32,000 bases of DNA, from the NCBI RefSeq assembly GCF_017656055.1, contig NZ_CP069383.1, forward strand, positions 150,001 through 182,000, in the 5' to 3' direction. The DNA comes from Candidatus Saccharimonadota bacterium. Lineage in GTDB: Bacteria; Pseudomonadota; Gammaproteobacteria; Enterobacterales; Enterobacteriaceae. Shown here in pieces: positions 20,301-30,761 of the stretch. Numbering within the stretch: the first letter of the stretch is position 1; every line of letters begins with the position of its first letter. The notes below the pieces were generated by a model, which worked only from the letters and a program-made list of their open reading frames with translations, was not told where the DNA came from and ran no database searches. A program made the position numbers and the translations under genes.

Positions 20301-21405
20301 AAAATATAAATTACCTTATGGTAGTATATTAAATAAATTAGAAAATGATTTAGTAGATAAAAATGAAATAATAGCTTCATGGGATTATGGATCAATACCT
20401 ATAATATCTGAATTTAAAGGTAAAATATTATTTGAAAATATAATAGAAAATAAAAATTTTATAAATAAAATAGATGAATATACTGGTATACCTTGTAAAA
20501 TTATGATTTCTAATTATAATAATTATGATTATAAACCTTATATAAATATAGTTGATAGTAATAATAATATATTAAAAAAATATTATATTCCAGAAAAATC
20601 TATTATACATATAAATAATTTCGATAATATTAATTTAGGTGATGTTATAGCTATAACTCCTCAAAATATAAATGAAATAAAAGATATTACAGGTGGTTTA
20701 CCAAAAGTTTCAGATATATTTGAAGCTAGAAAACCTAAAAATTCATGTTTATTAGCTGAAGAAACAGGATTTATAAGTTTTAAAATAGAAAAAAATAAAA
20801 AAAAAATTCTTATAAGAAATAATAATAATGTTATTATTCATGAAAATTATATAAATAAAAATAAAAATATGATAGTTTTTGAAAATGATTATGTTAATAA
20901 AGGAGATATTATTTCTACAGGTAATATATCTATACATGATATATTAAGAATAAAAGGATTAGATTCTTTAGTTAATTTTATTATAAATGAAATACAAAAT
21001 GTTTATAAACTTCAGGGTGTTAAAATAAATAGTAAACATATAGAAATAATAATTAAACAGATGTTAAAAATTGTTATTATATTAGATTCTGGTGATTCAA
21101 AATTAATAAAAAATAGTTATATAAAATTAAATTATGTTAGAAAGATTAATAAAAAACTAATTAAAAATAAAAAAAGAGTTGTTGTTTATAAATATAGTTT
21201 AATTGGTATAACTAAATCTTCTTTATTAACTGATTCTTTTATTTCTTCAGCATCATTTCAAGAAACTACTAAAATATTAACTAATTCTGCTATTTGTAGT
21301 AAAATAGATTTTTTAAAAGGATTAAAAGAAAATGTAATATTAGGTAGATTAATACCAGCTGGTACAGGTTATTATTATTATAATAAAAATAAAAAAAATA
21401 ATTAA
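17386..21405 (+). CDS. rpoC: RNA polymerase beta' subunit
   Basis: 1339 aa. GTG start is forced: an in-frame TAA at 17380-17382 leaves only CTT or GTG. Contains Zn-binding CICGKYKK...CEKCGVE, NADFDGDQMAIHVP, and trigger-loop flanks TMRTFHIGGA ... DITGGLPKVSDIFEARKP separated by a roughly 190-aa insertion. Confidence 0.98.
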   Translation: MNNINENEFSYKNFDFIEISIASPDKIRSWSYGEIKKPETINYRTLKPEKDGLFCSRIFGPINDYECICGKYKKIKYKDMICEKCGVEIISSKSRRNRMGHIELVSPVCHIWFLRSLPSKISILLNISLKDIEKVIYFENYIITESFISNIKVGNIINEEDYILLNKKYFGKFVAKIGAEAIFDLLKKINLKKEYLLLIKKFNLENKLEKRNRIYKRMKIIKSFINSNNKPEWMILTVIPVLPPDLRPLVPLEGGRFATSDLNDLYRRIINRNNRLKRLIDLSAPNIIIKNEKRMLQESVDFLLDNGRRGKYVLNSNKKQLKSLSDMIKGKYGRFRQNLLGKRVDFSGRSVIIPGPNLKLNQCGIPKKIAIELFKPFIYGKLEYLKISSSIKMSKKILNKEDPIILDILEDIMKDHPILLNRAPTLHRLGIQSFDPVLINGESIQLHPLVCSAYNADFDGDQMAIHVPLTIESQLESRILMMSVNNILSPANGDPVIFPSQDMVLGIYYLTKVGNSTINKNIYDINEIEKFFNLNILGINDNIKVRITDYDNNKNEYKIIVNTTVGRCILWNVIPKFIPFYLINNTLNKSLILNIISYSYFNLNLKDTVILLNNLMKIGFKYATISGISIGLDDLIIPNEKDKIINDTNNEVNYINKQYELGLLTYNEKYNKIIDIWSEVSEVISKITIDKISDVKLDYNNIFMMIDSGARGSLAQIRQLSGIRGLMTKTDGYIIENPIKSNFKEGLNIIEYFISTHGARKGLSDTALKTANSGYLTRRLVDVAQDIVILLKDCKTNNGIKIELDNVNNDNYISLFKDRIIGRILSHDIYDNNKLLFSRNTLIDYKIFDIIIKLYINHIYIRSPITCELNNGICSLCYGIDLSKGNIVNIGESVGIIAAQSIGEPGTQLTMRTFHIGGAISIVGSSNIKFKNSGILKLFNCKFLKNSNNENVIISKNSEVGILNINLNKIIEKYKLPYGSILNKLENDLVDKNEIIASWDYGSIPIISEFKGKILFENIIENKNFINKIDEYTGIPCKIMISNYNNYDYKPYINIVDSNNNILKKYYIPEKSIIHINNFDNINLGDVIAITPQNINEIKDITGGLPKVSDIFEARKPKNSCLLAEETGFISFKIEKNKKKILIRNNNNVIIHENYINKNKNMIVFENDYVNKGDIISTGNISIHDILRIKGLDSLVNFIINEIQNVYKLQGVKINSKHIEIIIKQMLKIVIILDSGDSKLIKNSYIKLNYVRKINKKLIKNKKRVVVYKYSLIGITKSSLLTDSFISSASFQETTKILTNSAICSKIDFLKGLKENVILGRLIPAGTGYYYYNKNKKNN

Positions 21406-21416
21406 TTTTATAATTT

Positions 21417-21788
21417 ATGATTACTATAAATCAATTAATAAAAAATCCTAGAAAAATTAAATTAAAAAAAACAGATGTACCACATTTAAAATCATGTCCT
21501 CAAAAAAGAGGTATATGCACTAAAGTATATACTATGACACCTAAGAAACCTAATTCTGCTTTAAGAAAAGTTTGTAAAGTTAAATTAACTAATGGTTTAG
21601 AAGTAACTGCATATATTCCAGGAGAAGGACACAATTTACAAGAACATTCTGTTGTATTAATAAGAGGTGGTAGAGTAAAGGATCTTCCAGGAGTAAGATA
21701 TCATGTGGTAAGAGGTGTTTTAGATTGTGATGGTGTGAAAAATAGAAAAAGTAGTAGATCTAAATATGGAACAAAAATGTTAAAATAA
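21417..21788 (+). CDS. rpsL: Ribosomal protein S12
   Basis: 123 aa. [16 protein letters not shown] and [18 protein letters not shown]. Confidence 0.97.
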   Translation: MITINQLIKNPRKIKLKKTDVPHLKSCPQKRGICTKVYTMTPKKPNSALRKVCKVKLTNGLEVTAYIPGEGHNLQEHSVVLIRGGRVKDLPGVRYHVVRGVLDCDGVKNRKSSRSKYGTKMLK

Positions 21789-21797
21789 AATAATTTT

Positions 21798-22280
21798 ATG
21801 TCACGTAAAAAAATAAAAATAAAAAATAAAATTTTACCAGATATTAAGTTTAATTCTATTTTGGTGTCAAAATTTATTAATATTGTTATGAAAAACGGTA
21901 AAAAGTCCTTAGCATTAAAAATAGTTTATAGTTTATTAAATATGATAAAACTTAAAATAAATAAAAATGAAATAGATTTACTTGAAGAAATTATAAATAA
22001 AGTAAGACCTATGGTTGAAATAAAATCTAGGAAAATAGGAGGATCTACATATAATGTTCCTTTTGAAATAAATGATAATAGAAAAAATTCTTTAGCATTA
22101 AAATGGATAGTTAAATTTTCTAGAAAGAGATCTGGAAATTCTATGATAGAAAAATTGTATGATGAGATTATTGATATATCTCAAAATAAAGGATTATCTA
22201 TTAAAAAAAGAGATGAAATTCATAAAATAGCTGATTCTAATAAAGCTTTTTCTTATTATAAATGGAATAATAAAAAATAA
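21798..22280 (+). CDS. rpsG: Ribosomal protein S7
   Basis: 160 aa. KILPDIKFNSILVSKFINIVMKNGKKSLALKIVYS parallels E. coli [27 protein letters not shown]. Confidence 0.9.
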   Translation: MSRKKIKIKNKILPDIKFNSILVSKFINIVMKNGKKSLALKIVYSLLNMIKLKINKNEIDLLEEIINKVRPMVEIKSRKIGGSTYNVPFEINDNRKNSLALKWIVKFSRKRSGNSMIEKLYDEIIDISQNKGLSIKKRDEIHKIADSNKAFSYYKWNNKK

Positions 22281-22315
22281 AATAAAAATAAAATAATTAA
22301 TTTTTAAAAAAAAAA

Positions 22316-24433
22316 ATGTATCGTATTATATCTATAGATAGATATAGAAATATAGGAATAAGTGCACATATAGATGCTGGAAAAACTACTTTTACAGAAA
22401 GAGTATTATTTTATACAGGAATTAATAGAAAAATTGGTGAAGTTCATGATGGTTTAGCTACTATGGATTGGATGAAACAAGAACAGGAAAGAGGTATTAC
22501 TATAACTTCTGCATCTACAACATGTTTATGGAATGGTATGTATAATCAATATAGTAATCCTTATAAAATAAATATTATAGATACACCTGGTCATGTAGAT
22601 TTTACTTTAGAAGTTGAACGTTCTATGAGAGTTTTGGATGGAGCAATAATGTTGTATTGTTCTGTAGGTGGAGTACAATCTCAATCTGAAACTGTTTGGA
22701 GACAAGTTAATAAATATAATATACCTAGAATAGGTTTTATAAATAAAATGGATAGATCTGGAGCTAATTATTTAAATGTTATTAATGAAATAAAGACTAA
22801 ATTAAATTCTAATCCTATTATTTTACAACTAAATATAGGTGAAGAGGAAAATTTTACTGGAATAATAGATATTATAAAAATGAAGTCTATATATTGGGAA
22901 AATAGTGATTTTGGTACTAAATTTAAAATTTATGATAATATATCTAATGAATTTAAAAATAAAGTAAGTGAATTAAGAAATATTATATTGGAAACTGCAG
23001 CTGAATCTTGTGATGAACTATTTGATAAATATATTAATACTGGAACTTTAACTGAAAATGAAATTAAAAAAGGATTAAGAATAAGAACTATAAAAAATGA
23101 AATATTTCCAATAATGTGTGGATCTGCATTTAAAAATAAATGTATACAACCTGTTTTAGATTCTATAGTAGATTATTTACCATCTCCTAATGATTTATCA
23201 AATATAAAAGGTGTTATTAAAAATGGTAATAAATATATAAGTATTTATAGAAAAAATAGTGATAATGATCATTTTTCGGCATTAGCTTTTAAAATTTGTA
23301 CAGATCCATTTGTTGGTAATTTAACATTTATAAGAGTTTATTCTGGTAAAATTAAATCTGGTGATATAATTTTAAATTATACTAAAAATAAAAAAGAAAA
23401 GTTGGGTAGAATAGTTCAAATGCATGCTAATAAAAAAGAAGATATAAAAAATGTTTTTTCAGGTGATATAGTTGCTATAATAGGATTAAAAGATATATCT
23501 ACTGGTGATACTTTATGTAGTATAGATTATCCTATATTATTAGAAAAAATAGAATTTCCAAATCCTGTAATTTCTATGTCTATAGAACCGTTAACTAAAA
23601 ATGATCAAGATAAAATGGGTATTGTATTAAATAAATTATTGCAAGAAGATCCTTCTTTTAAGGTTTATATTGATAATGATACTAATCAAACTATAATTTC
23701 AGGTATGGGAGAATTACATTTAGAAATAATAGTTGATAGAATGAAAAGAGAATATAATCTAAATGTTAATACAGGTATACCTCAAGTTTCTTATAAAGAA
23801 ACTATTAAGAAAACATCTTCTTATGAAGGTAAATATATAAGGCAAACAGGTGGTAGAGGTCAATATGGTCATGTATTTATTAAAATAGAACCTAATAAAT
23901 ATAAAGATTATGAATTTATTAATAATATAATAGGTGGTGTAATACCAAAAGAATTTATACCTTCTATAGACAAAGGTATACAAGAACAAATGAAAATTGG
24001 AATATTAGCTGGTTATCCTATAATAAATATAAAAGCTACATGTTATGATGGATCTTATCATGAGGTAGATTCTTCAGAAATAGCTTTTAAGATAGCTAGT
24101 TCTATTGCATTTAAAGAAGCGTTTTTAAGAGCTGAACCAATTTTATTAGAACCTATAATGAAAGTTTTTGTAGAAACTCCCGAAGAATATATAGGTGATG
24201 TTATTAGTGATATAAGTAGAAAGAGAGGTATTATAAATAATATGGAAACTTTTAATAATTTAAGAAAAATAATATCTTATATACCTTTATCTGAAATGTT
24301 TGGTTATTCAACAGAATTAAGATCAAAAACTAAAGGTAGAGCTTGTTATAGTATGGATTTTTATGAATATAAAGAAGTTCCTATTGAAATTTCTAAGAAA
24401 ATAATAGATTCAAAAAGTAAAAAAGTAAATTAA
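22316..24433 (+). CDS. fusA: Elongation factor G
   Basis: 705 aa. Contains [35 protein letters not shown]. No tufA follows it. Confidence 0.98.
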   Translation: MYRIISIDRYRNIGISAHIDAGKTTFTERVLFYTGINRKIGEVHDGLATMDWMKQEQERGITITSASTTCLWNGMYNQYSNPYKINIIDTPGHVDFTLEVERSMRVLDGAIMLYCSVGGVQSQSETVWRQVNKYNIPRIGFINKMDRSGANYLNVINEIKTKLNSNPIILQLNIGEEENFTGIIDIIKMKSIYWENSDFGTKFKIYDNISNEFKNKVSELRNIILETAAESCDELFDKYINTGTLTENEIKKGLRIRTIKNEIFPIMCGSAFKNKCIQPVLDSIVDYLPSPNDLSNIKGVIKNGNKYISIYRKNSDNDHFSALAFKICTDPFVGNLTFIRVYSGKIKSGDIILNYTKNKKEKLGRIVQMHANKKEDIKNVFSGDIVAIIGLKDISTGDTLCSIDYPILLEKIEFPNPVISMSIEPLTKNDQDKMGIVLNKLLQEDPSFKVYIDNDTNQTIISGMGELHLEIIVDRMKREYNLNVNTGIPQVSYKETIKKTSSYEGKYIRQTGGRGQYGHVFIKIEPNKYKDYEFINNIIGGVIPKEFIPSIDKGIQEQMKIGILAGYPIINIKATCYDGSYHEVDSSEIAFKIASSIAFKEAFLRAEPILLEPIMKVFVETPEEYIGDVISDISRKRGIINNMETFNNLRKIISYIPLSEMFGYSTELRSKTKGRACYSMDFYEYKEVPIEISKKIIDSKSKKVN

Positions 24434-24440
24434 AAATATT

Positions 24441-24758
24441 ATGTATAAAAAATTAAATATAATAAAAATAAAGGTAAAATCTTTTGATATTAAGTTAATA
24501 AATTTTGTAATGAAAGAAATAATAAAAATTTGTGAAAAAAGTAATGCTACTATATCTGGTCCTATACCATTACCTAATAAAAGAAAAAAATTTATAGTTC
24601 TTACATCTCCTCATGTTAATAAAGATGCTAGAGAACAATTTGAATTTTGTATACATAATCGTTTATTTTATATAAAAAAATATAGTAATAAATTGATAGA
24701 TTTGTTATTACGTTTAAATATATCATCAGGTATAAAAATAAAAATAGATATTATATAA
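24441..24758 (+). CDS. rpsJ: Ribosomal protein S10
   Basis: 105 aa. ISGPIPLPNKRKKFIVLTSPHVNKDAREQFE. Starts 7 nt after the fusA stop. Confidence 0.9.
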   Translation: MYKKLNIIKIKVKSFDIKLINFVMKEIIKICEKSNATISGPIPLPNKRKKFIVLTSPHVNKDAREQFEFCIHNRLFYIKKYSNKLIDLLLRLNISSGIKIKIDII

Positions 24759-24763
24759 AAAAT

Positions 24764-25408
24764 ATGAATTTAAATAATAAAAATATTGTTAAAATATTTG
24801 GTATAAAATTAGGTATGAGTACAATATATAATAATTTTAGTTGTACACCTGTTACTTTAGTAAAAATATTAGATAATACAATATTAGATATAAAAAATAA
24901 TAAAGATTTTATAAATTTAAAAATTTTATCTAAAAACATTTTTAATAATAAAAATAAAAATAAATCTTTTATTGGTATTTTAAGTAAATATAATATTTTT
25001 AATGGAAATACTTTACATGAAATAAATTTAGATAATAGTTTTATTAAATTATTTAAAATAGGTTATTCTATATCTATTGATTATTTATTAAATTCTAATA
25101 ATATTAGTATAACTTCTAAGAGTAAAGGTAAGGGATTTTCAGGTGTTATAAAAAGATGGAATTTTAGTAAACAAGATTCAAGTCATGGTAATTCTTTATC
25201 TCATAGAGCACCAGGTTCTATAGGGCAAAATCAAAGTCCAGGTAGAGTTTTAAAAGGTAAAAAAATGTCAGGACATTATGGTAATGTTAATGTTACTATA
25301 AAAAATGTAAAAATATTAAGTAATATCTGTAATGATAATGTGTTAATTATTAAAGGTTCTTTACCTGGTTCGAATAAAAATATTTTAATTATTAAGTATG
25401 AAATTTAA
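24764..25408 (+). CDS. rplC: Ribosomal protein L3
   Basis: 214 aa. GKGFSGVIKRWNF...HGNSLSHRAPGSIGQNQSPGRVLKGKKMSGHYG. Confidence 0.9.
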   Translation: MNLNNKNIVKIFGIKLGMSTIYNNFSCTPVTLVKILDNTILDIKNNKDFINLKILSKNIFNNKNKNKSFIGILSKYNIFNGNTLHEINLDNSFIKLFKIGYSISIDYLLNSNNISITSKSKGKGFSGVIKRWNFSKQDSSHGNSLSHRAPGSIGQNQSPGRVLKGKKMSGHYGNVNVTIKNVKILSNICNDNVLIIKGSLPGSNKNILIIKYEI

Positions 25409-25431
25409 AAAAAAAAATAAATAATTTTATT

Positions 25432-26040
25432 ATGGAATTAATTACTGAAAATAAAAAAAATATATTTTTATCAGATAATGTTTTTAAAATTTGTTATAAT
25501 AATAATTTAGTTAATCAGGTTATTATTACTGAATTATCTATAAATAGAAAAAATATTAAGTTTAATAAAAATAGATCAAGAGTTAAAGGATCTAATAAAA
25601 AACCTTGGAAACAAAAAGGTACTGGAAAAGCTAGATCTGGTAGTAAAAAAAGTCCAATTTGGAGATCTGGTGGTGTTACTTTTGGAAGTCAAGTAAGAAA
25701 CTTTAAAAAAAAAATTAATAAAAAAATGTATTGTAAAGCTTTAAAGTGTATATTATCTAGATTTATTAGTAATAAAAAAATTATTATAATGGAAGATTTA
25801 AATATAGAAAATTATAAAACTAAAACTTTATTTAAAAAATTTAGTAGTATTTTAAAATATAAATTATTATTTATAATTGAAAATTATGATAAAAATTTAT
25901 TTTTATCTTCAAAGAATATATATAATATTTGTATTATGAATTTAAATAATATTATAATAAGTAAAATAATAAATTATGATTTTATTATATTTACATTTAA
26001 TTCTATAAAAAAAATTGAAGAAAGGTTATTAAAAAAATGA
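25432..26040 (+). CDS. rplD: Ribosomal protein L4
   Basis: 202 aa. KPWKQKGTGKARSGSKKSPIWRSGGVTFG. The TGA stop overlaps the rplW ATG (ATGA). Confidence 0.9.
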   Translation: MELITENKKNIFLSDNVFKICYNNNLVNQVIITELSINRKNIKFNKNRSRVKGSNKKPWKQKGTGKARSGSKKSPIWRSGGVTFGSQVRNFKKKINKKMYCKALKCILSRFISNKKIIIMEDLNIENYKTKTLFKKFSSILKYKLLFIIENYDKNLFLSSKNIYNICIMNLNNIIISKIINYDFIIFTFNSIKKIEERLLKK

Positions 26041-26294
26041 ATTTTATAAAAAATAATAGAATTTTATTTGATGTTTTAAAAAAAATATGTCTTTCTAGTA
26101 AGACTACTTATTTATTTAATAATCAAAAAATTATATCATATAAAATATATTATAATATTAATAAAAATTTTGTTAAATTAGCATTTAAAAATATTTTTAA
26201 TATTTATATTAAAAAAGTTAATATTGTTAATTATAAAATATATAAAAAAGGAAAATTTATAAAATTTAAAAAAGCTTATATTTTTTTAAAATAA
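26037..26294 (+). CDS. rplW: Ribosomal protein L23 (shortened, highly diverged)
   Basis: 85 aa. Position lies between rplD and rplB. C-terminal KKAYIFLK matches E. coli KKAYVTLK. Little else is recognisable. Confidence 0.7.
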   Translation: MNFIKNNRILFDVLKKICLSSKTTYLFNNQKIISYKIYYNINKNFVKLAFKNIFNIYIKKVNIVNYKIYKKGKFIKFKKAYIFLK

Positions 26295-26310
26295 TTAATA
26301 AAATAATAAA

Positions 26311-27141
26311 ATGATATTAATAAAATCTAAGCCAGTAACTCCAGGATTAAGACATTATATAAAAAATAAAAATAATTTTTTATATAAAAAAAAAAAATTT
26401 ATTAATAAATTAATTGTACCTTTAAAAAGAAATTTTGGTAGAAATAATTTAGGTAGAATAACAACAAGACATATAGAAGGAGGTCATAAAAAAAAATATC
26501 GTATAATAGATTTTAAGAGGAATAAAATAGATATTATAGGATATGTAAAAAGATTTGAGTATGATCCTAATAGGTCTTGTTATATAGCTTTAATATTTTA
26601 TAAAGATGGCGATAAAAGATATATAATATCTCCTAAAAATATTAATTTAGGTGATAAAGTTATATCTATTAATAATTATAATGAGAATTTTTTAAAAATA
26701 GGTAATTCATTAAAATTAGTAAATATACCTATAGGATATAAAATTCATAATATTGAAATTAATCCTGGTGAAGGAGGTAAAATATCTAGATCAGCTGGTA
26801 ATTACTCTCAAATAGTATCTAAAGATAATAAATATGTTATAATAAAAATAAAATCCGGAGAAATAAGAAAAATAAATAATCAATGTAGAGCTACTATTGG
26901 TGAAGTAGGTAATAATGAACATATGTTAAAAAAAATTGGTAAAGCTGGTCGTAAAAGATGGATGGGTGTAAGACCTACTGTTAGAGGTACTGCTATGAAT
27001 CCTGTTGATCATCCTCATGGTGGTGGTGAAGGTAGAAATTTTGGTAGACATCCTGTTACTCCTTGGGGAAAAAATTGTAAAGGTATGAAAACAAGAAATA
27101 ATAAAAAAACTAATAAATATATAATAAAAAGAAGAAAATAA
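26311..27141 (+). CDS. rplB: Ribosomal protein L2
   Basis: 276 aa. [19 protein letters not shown] and [12 protein letters not shown]. Confidence 0.97.
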   Translation: MILIKSKPVTPGLRHYIKNKNNFLYKKKKFINKLIVPLKRNFGRNNLGRITTRHIEGGHKKKYRIIDFKRNKIDIIGYVKRFEYDPNRSCYIALIFYKDGDKRYIISPKNINLGDKVISINNYNENFLKIGNSLKLVNIPIGYKIHNIEINPGEGGKISRSAGNYSQIVSKDNKYVIIKIKSGEIRKINNQCRATIGEVGNNEHMLKKIGKAGRKRWMGVRPTVRGTAMNPVDHPHGGGEGRNFGRHPVTPWGKNCKGMKTRNNKKTNKYIIKRRK

Positions 27142-27425
27142 TGTCACGTTCATTAAGAAAAAAACCATTTATAGATATAAGTTTATATAATAAAGTTAAT
27201 AAATATTTAAGTAATGTTAAAAATAGTGGTAATATAACTACATGGTCAAGGAGATCTACTATATATCCGAATATGGTTGGATTAACTATAAATGTTCATA
27301 ATGGTAAAAAACATATTCCATTATATATAACAGAAGAAATGATAGGATATAAATTGGGAGAATTTGTTTTTACAAGAAAATTTAAATCACATACTACTAA
27401 TAAAAGAAAATTTAAAAAGGTATAA
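27141..27425 (+). CDS. rpsS: Ribosomal protein S19
   Basis: 94 aa. [12 protein letters not shown]...[42 protein letters not shown]. The ATG shares one base with the rplB TAA (TAATG). Confidence 0.93.
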   Translation: MSRSLRKKPFIDISLYNKVNKYLSNVKNSGNITTWSRRSTIYPNMVGLTINVHNGKKHIPLYITEEMIGYKLGEFVFTRKFKSHTTNKRKFKKV

Positions 27426-27429
27426 ATTT

Positions 27430-27771
27430 GTGAATTATTTTATTTTTTCTAGATATAAAAATGCTAGAATTTCTCCTAGTAAATTAAGATTAATACTAAA
27501 AATAATAGACTATAGTAGTATATTTAATACTATTAATATATTAAAATTTTCTAATAAAAAAGGATCTTTTTTAATAAAAAAAACTATAGAATCTGCTATA
27601 TCAAATGCGGAACATAATTATAATTTGAATATAGATTATTTAAAAATACATAGAATTTTAATAGATAAAGGTCCTATTTTAAAAAGAATAATGTTTAGGG
27701 CTAGAGGTAGATTTGATAATATATTTAAAAAAACATCTATTATAACAGTAATTTTGTCTAATAAAAAATAG
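27430..27771 (+). CDS. rplV: Ribosomal protein L22
   Basis: The ORF track gives 27364 (ATG inside rpsS). Homology begins at ...RYKNARISPSKLRLI. GTG at 27430, 4 nt after the rpsS stop, gives 113 aa versus about 110 aa in E. coli. The exact start is uncertain. Confidence 0.82.
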   Translation: MNYFIFSRYKNARISPSKLRLILKIIDYSSIFNTINILKFSNKKGSFLIKKTIESAISNAEHNYNLNIDYLKIHRILIDKGPILKRIMFRARGRFDNIFKKTSIITVILSNKK

Positions 27772-27787
27772 TATAAAAAAAAATAAT

Positions 27788-28417
27788 ATGGGTCAAAAAG
27801 TTAATCCATTAGGATTTCGTTTAGGTTTTATAAAAAAATGGAATTCTTTATGGTTTTCAAATAATAAAAAAAAAATTATTGATAATATAGAAAAAGATAT
27901 TTTATTAAGAAATTATTTAAAAAATAATTTACCTAATAATTATATTTCTAATATTATAATAGAATTTTTATATATGAATATAATTATTAATATAGTAACA
28001 TCTAAACCTGGAATAATAATAGGGAAAAAAGGTGAGGATATAGATAAATTAAGGATTGGAATAGTTAAAATGTTAAATAATAAATATATTAAGTTAAATG
28101 TTATTGAATTAAAAGATTATAATTTAGATTCTAGTATAATAGCTAATAATATATCTTATCAAATAGAAAGAAAAATTTCTTTTAGGAAAATTATGAAAAG
28201 ATATATTAATAATGTTATGAAATATGGTGCTTTAGGGGTTAAAATACAAGTTAATGGTAGGTTAGGTGGTGCTGAAATATCAAGAAGAGAATGGTATAAA
28301 GAAGGAAGAATACCATTGCATACTATTAGAGCAAATATAGATTTTAGTCAATCTATAGCTAAAACTAATTATGGTATTATAGGTATAAAAGTTTGGATAT
28401 TTAAAAAAAATAAATAA
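27788..28417 (+). CDS. rpsC: Ribosomal protein S3
   Basis: 209 aa. [25 protein letters not shown]-like [35 protein letters not shown]. Confidence 0.93.
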   Translation: MGQKVNPLGFRLGFIKKWNSLWFSNNKKKIIDNIEKDILLRNYLKNNLPNNYISNIIIEFLYMNIIINIVTSKPGIIIGKKGEDIDKLRIGIVKMLNNKYIKLNVIELKDYNLDSSIIANNISYQIERKISFRKIMKRYINNVMKYGALGVKIQVNGRLGGAEISRREWYKEGRIPLHTIRANIDFSQSIAKTNYGIIGIKVWIFKKNK

Positions 28418-28425
28418 AATTAAAT

Positions 28426-28839
28426 ATGTTACAACCAAAACGTAGTAAATATAGAAAATGTCAAAAGGGTAGAAATAAAGGTTTTTCAATAAATATGAAT
28501 GTTGAGTTTGGTGATTTTGGATTAAAATCCTTAGGTAGAGGTAGATTAACTTCTAAACAAATAGAATCAGCTCGTATAGTTATAAATAAGTATGTTAAAA
28601 GACAATGTAAAATATGGATAAGAATATTTCCAGATAAACCTATTACAAAAAAACCTTTAGAAGTTAGAATGGGTAAAGGTAAGGGTAATGTTGAATATTG
28701 GGTTGCTATAATTAAACCTGGTAAAATATTGTATGAAATAAGTGGTGTTACAGAAAATATAGCAAAAGAAGCTTTTAGATTAGCCTCTTATAAGTTGCCA
28801 TTTAAAACATGTTTTATTATTAAAAATAAATTAATATAA
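28426..28839 (+). CDS. rplP: Ribosomal protein L16
   Basis: 137 aa. [19 protein letters not shown] and [23 protein letters not shown]. Confidence 0.95.
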   Translation: MLQPKRSKYRKCQKGRNKGFSINMNVEFGDFGLKSLGRGRLTSKQIESARIVINKYVKRQCKIWIRIFPDKPITKKPLEVRMGKGKGNVEYWVAIIKPGKILYEISGVTENIAKEAFRLASYKLPFKTCFIIKNKLI

Positions 28840-28846
28840 TTAAATT

Positions 28847-29035
28847 ATGAATATTTTTTTAAATATAAAAGATTTAGAATATAAATTAAATTTTTTATTA
28901 TATAAAAAATTTTTACTAAAATATAAATTTAATATAAATTTATTAAAAAATAATAATTTATTAAAAAAAAATAAAAAAAATATATCTAATATTTTAAATC
29001 TAATTAATAAAATATATAAAAATAAAAAAAAATAA
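28847..29035 (+). CDS. rpmC: Ribosomal protein L29 (position-based call)
   Basis: 62 aa, almost pure N/K/L/I. Size and the rplP-rpmC-rpsQ position fit L29. Sequence similarity is not convincing by eye. Confidence 0.6.
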   Translation: MNIFLNIKDLEYKLNFLLYKKFLLKYKFNINLLKNNNLLKKNKKNISNILNLINKIYKNKKK

Positions 29036-29038
29036 GAT

Positions 29039-29278
29039 ATGAGTGATAATAAATTAATAATTTTACGTGTTTTTAGTAAAAAAATGAATAAGTCTTTAAT
29101 ATGTATAAAAATTTTTTATAAAAAAAATAATATTTATAAAAAAAAAATAAAGAAAAGTATTAAAATAATTGTTCATGATAAAAATGATTTATGTAATGTA
29201 GGGGATTATATATATATTAAAAAATGTAAAAATATATCTAAAAAGAAATCTTGGATATTTGTTAAAAAAAAAATATAA
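29039..29278 (+). CDS. rpsQ: Ribosomal protein S17
   Basis: 79 aa. KKMNKSLICI..., VHDKNDLCNVGDYIYIKKCKNISKKKSW parallels E. coli [28 protein letters not shown]. Confidence 0.85.
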   Translation: MSDNKLIILRVFSKKMNKSLICIKIFYKKNNIYKKKIKKSIKIIVHDKNDLCNVGDYIYIKKCKNISKKKSWIFVKKKI

Positions 29279-29281
29279 AAT

Positions 29282-29653
29282 ATGATACAAGAACAAACTA
29301 TATTAAATGTTTCAGATAATTCTGGAGCTAAAAAAGTTTTATGCATTAAGGTTTTAGGTGGATCTAAAAAAAAATATGCTTTTGTAGGTGATTTTATTAA
29401 AGTTTCTATAAAAAGTATTAATAATAAAAGTAAAGTTAAAAAAGGAGATGTTTATAAAGCTATTGTAGTTAAAACTAAAAAAAGAAAATTTAGAAAAAAT
29501 GAAAATATATTTATAAATTTTGATATTAATTCTTGTGTTTTATTAAATGATATGAATATTCCAATAGGTACTAGAATAATAGGATTTATATCTAAAGATA
29601 TAAAATATAAAGGATTTAATAAAATTGTATCTTTATCTAATGAATTATTTTAA
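29282..29653 (+). CDS. rplN: Ribosomal protein L14
   Basis: 123 aa. MIQEQTILNVSDNSGAKKVLCIKVLGGS. Confidence 0.93.
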   Translation: MIQEQTILNVSDNSGAKKVLCIKVLGGSKKKYAFVGDFIKVSIKSINNKSKVKKGDVYKAIVVKTKKRKFRKNENIFINFDINSCVLLNDMNIPIGTRIIGFISKDIKYKGFNKIVSLSNELF

Positions 29654-29655
29654 AT

Positions 29656-29892
29656 ATGAAAAGTAAGATAAAAAAAAATGTTTATGTTAAAATAATTTAT
29701 GGTAAATATAAAAATAAAATAGGTTTAGTAAAAAAAGTTTTTAAAAATAAAAATTATTTAATTGTTGATAAAATTAATTTAGTTCATAAACATATTAAAA
29801 AAAATATAAATAGTAGTAAATCTTTTATTTTTTTAAAAGAATCTAAAATTCATATTTCTAATGTTGTTTTTTTAAAAAATGAAAATGATTAA
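29656..29892 (+). CDS. rplX: Ribosomal protein L24 (shortened)
   Basis: 78 aa. KOW-like KKNVYVKIIYGKYKNKIGLVKKV, then ESKIHISNV. E. coli L24 is about 104 aa. Confidence 0.8.
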   Translation: MKSKIKKNVYVKIIYGKYKNKIGLVKKVFKNKNYLIVDKINLVHKHIKKNINSSKSFIFLKESKIHISNVVFLKNEND

Positions 29893-30430
29893 AGTAAAAT
29901 TATATAATTTTTATAAAAAAAAAATTATATATAAAATGAATGAAGTATTTAATTATAAATCTATAATGCAAGTTCCGAATATTTCAAAGATAGTTATAAA
30001 TATTGGATTAGGTAGATATATATCTGATAAAAAAATGTTGGATTATGCATATAATGATTTATCTAAAATATCTTGTCAAAAACCAATTTTTACTAAAGCT
30101 AAGAAGTCTAATTCTAATTTTAAAATTAGAAAAGGATTTAATATTGGACTTAAAGTAACTTTAAGAAAAAGAAAAATGTGGTCTTTTATTGAAAAAATGA
30201 TATATGTTGTTATGCCTAGAATAAGGGATTTTAGGGGTTTATCTGAAAATTCATTTGATAAGTTTGGAAATTATAATTTAGGAATTAAGGAACATATAAT
30301 TTTTACAGATATAGAATATGATAAAATTTATAAAATAATTGGTATGGATATAAATATTTCTATAAGGTCAAATAGTATAAATGAATCTTTGTATTTATTA
30401 AAGATGTTAAAATTTCCTTTTAAAAAATAA
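29879..30430 (+). CDS. rplE: Ribosomal protein L5
   Basis: 183 aa. LYNFYKKKIIYKMNEVFNYKSIMQVPNISKIVINIGLG parallels E. coli [38 protein letters not shown]. The start is either ATG 29879 or ATG 29885; both overlap the rplX 3' end. Confidence 0.9.
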   Translation: MKMIKVKLYNFYKKKIIYKMNEVFNYKSIMQVPNISKIVINIGLGRYISDKKMLDYAYNDLSKISCQKPIFTKAKKSNSNFKIRKGFNIGLKVTLRKRKMWSFIEKMIYVVMPRIRDFRGLSENSFDKFGNYNLGIKEHIIFTDIEYDKIYKIIGMDINISIRSNSINESLYLLKMLKFPFKK

Positions 30431-30445
30431 AAATTAAAAATAAAT

Positions 30446-30751
30446 ATGACAAAAAAATCATTAATAGAAAGAAATAATAAAAGAAAATTATTAATAAATA
30501 AATATTATATAAAAAGAAAAAAATTAAATTTTATAATAAAATCAAATAAATTTAGTAGTTTAGATAAATGGAAAGCTAATATAAAATTGCAATTATTACC
30601 TAAAGATTCATCTATAGTAAGATTAAGAAATAGATGTTATATTACAGGAAGACCAAGAGGTTTTATTAGATACTTTGGTTTAAGTAGAATAAAATTTAGA
30701 GAATTGTCATTATTAGGTAATATACCTGGTATTAAAAAATCTAGTTGGTAA
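30446..30751 (+). CDS. rpsN: Ribosomal protein S14
   Basis: 101 aa. RNRCYITGRPRGFIRYFGLSRIKFRELSLLGNIPGIKKSSW. Confidence 0.93.
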   Translation: MTKKSLIERNNKRKLLINKYYIKRKKLNFIIKSNKFSSLDKWKANIKLQLLPKDSSIVRLRNRCYITGRPRGFIRYFGLSRIKFRELSLLGNIPGIKKSSW

Positions 30752-30761
30752 AAATATAATT

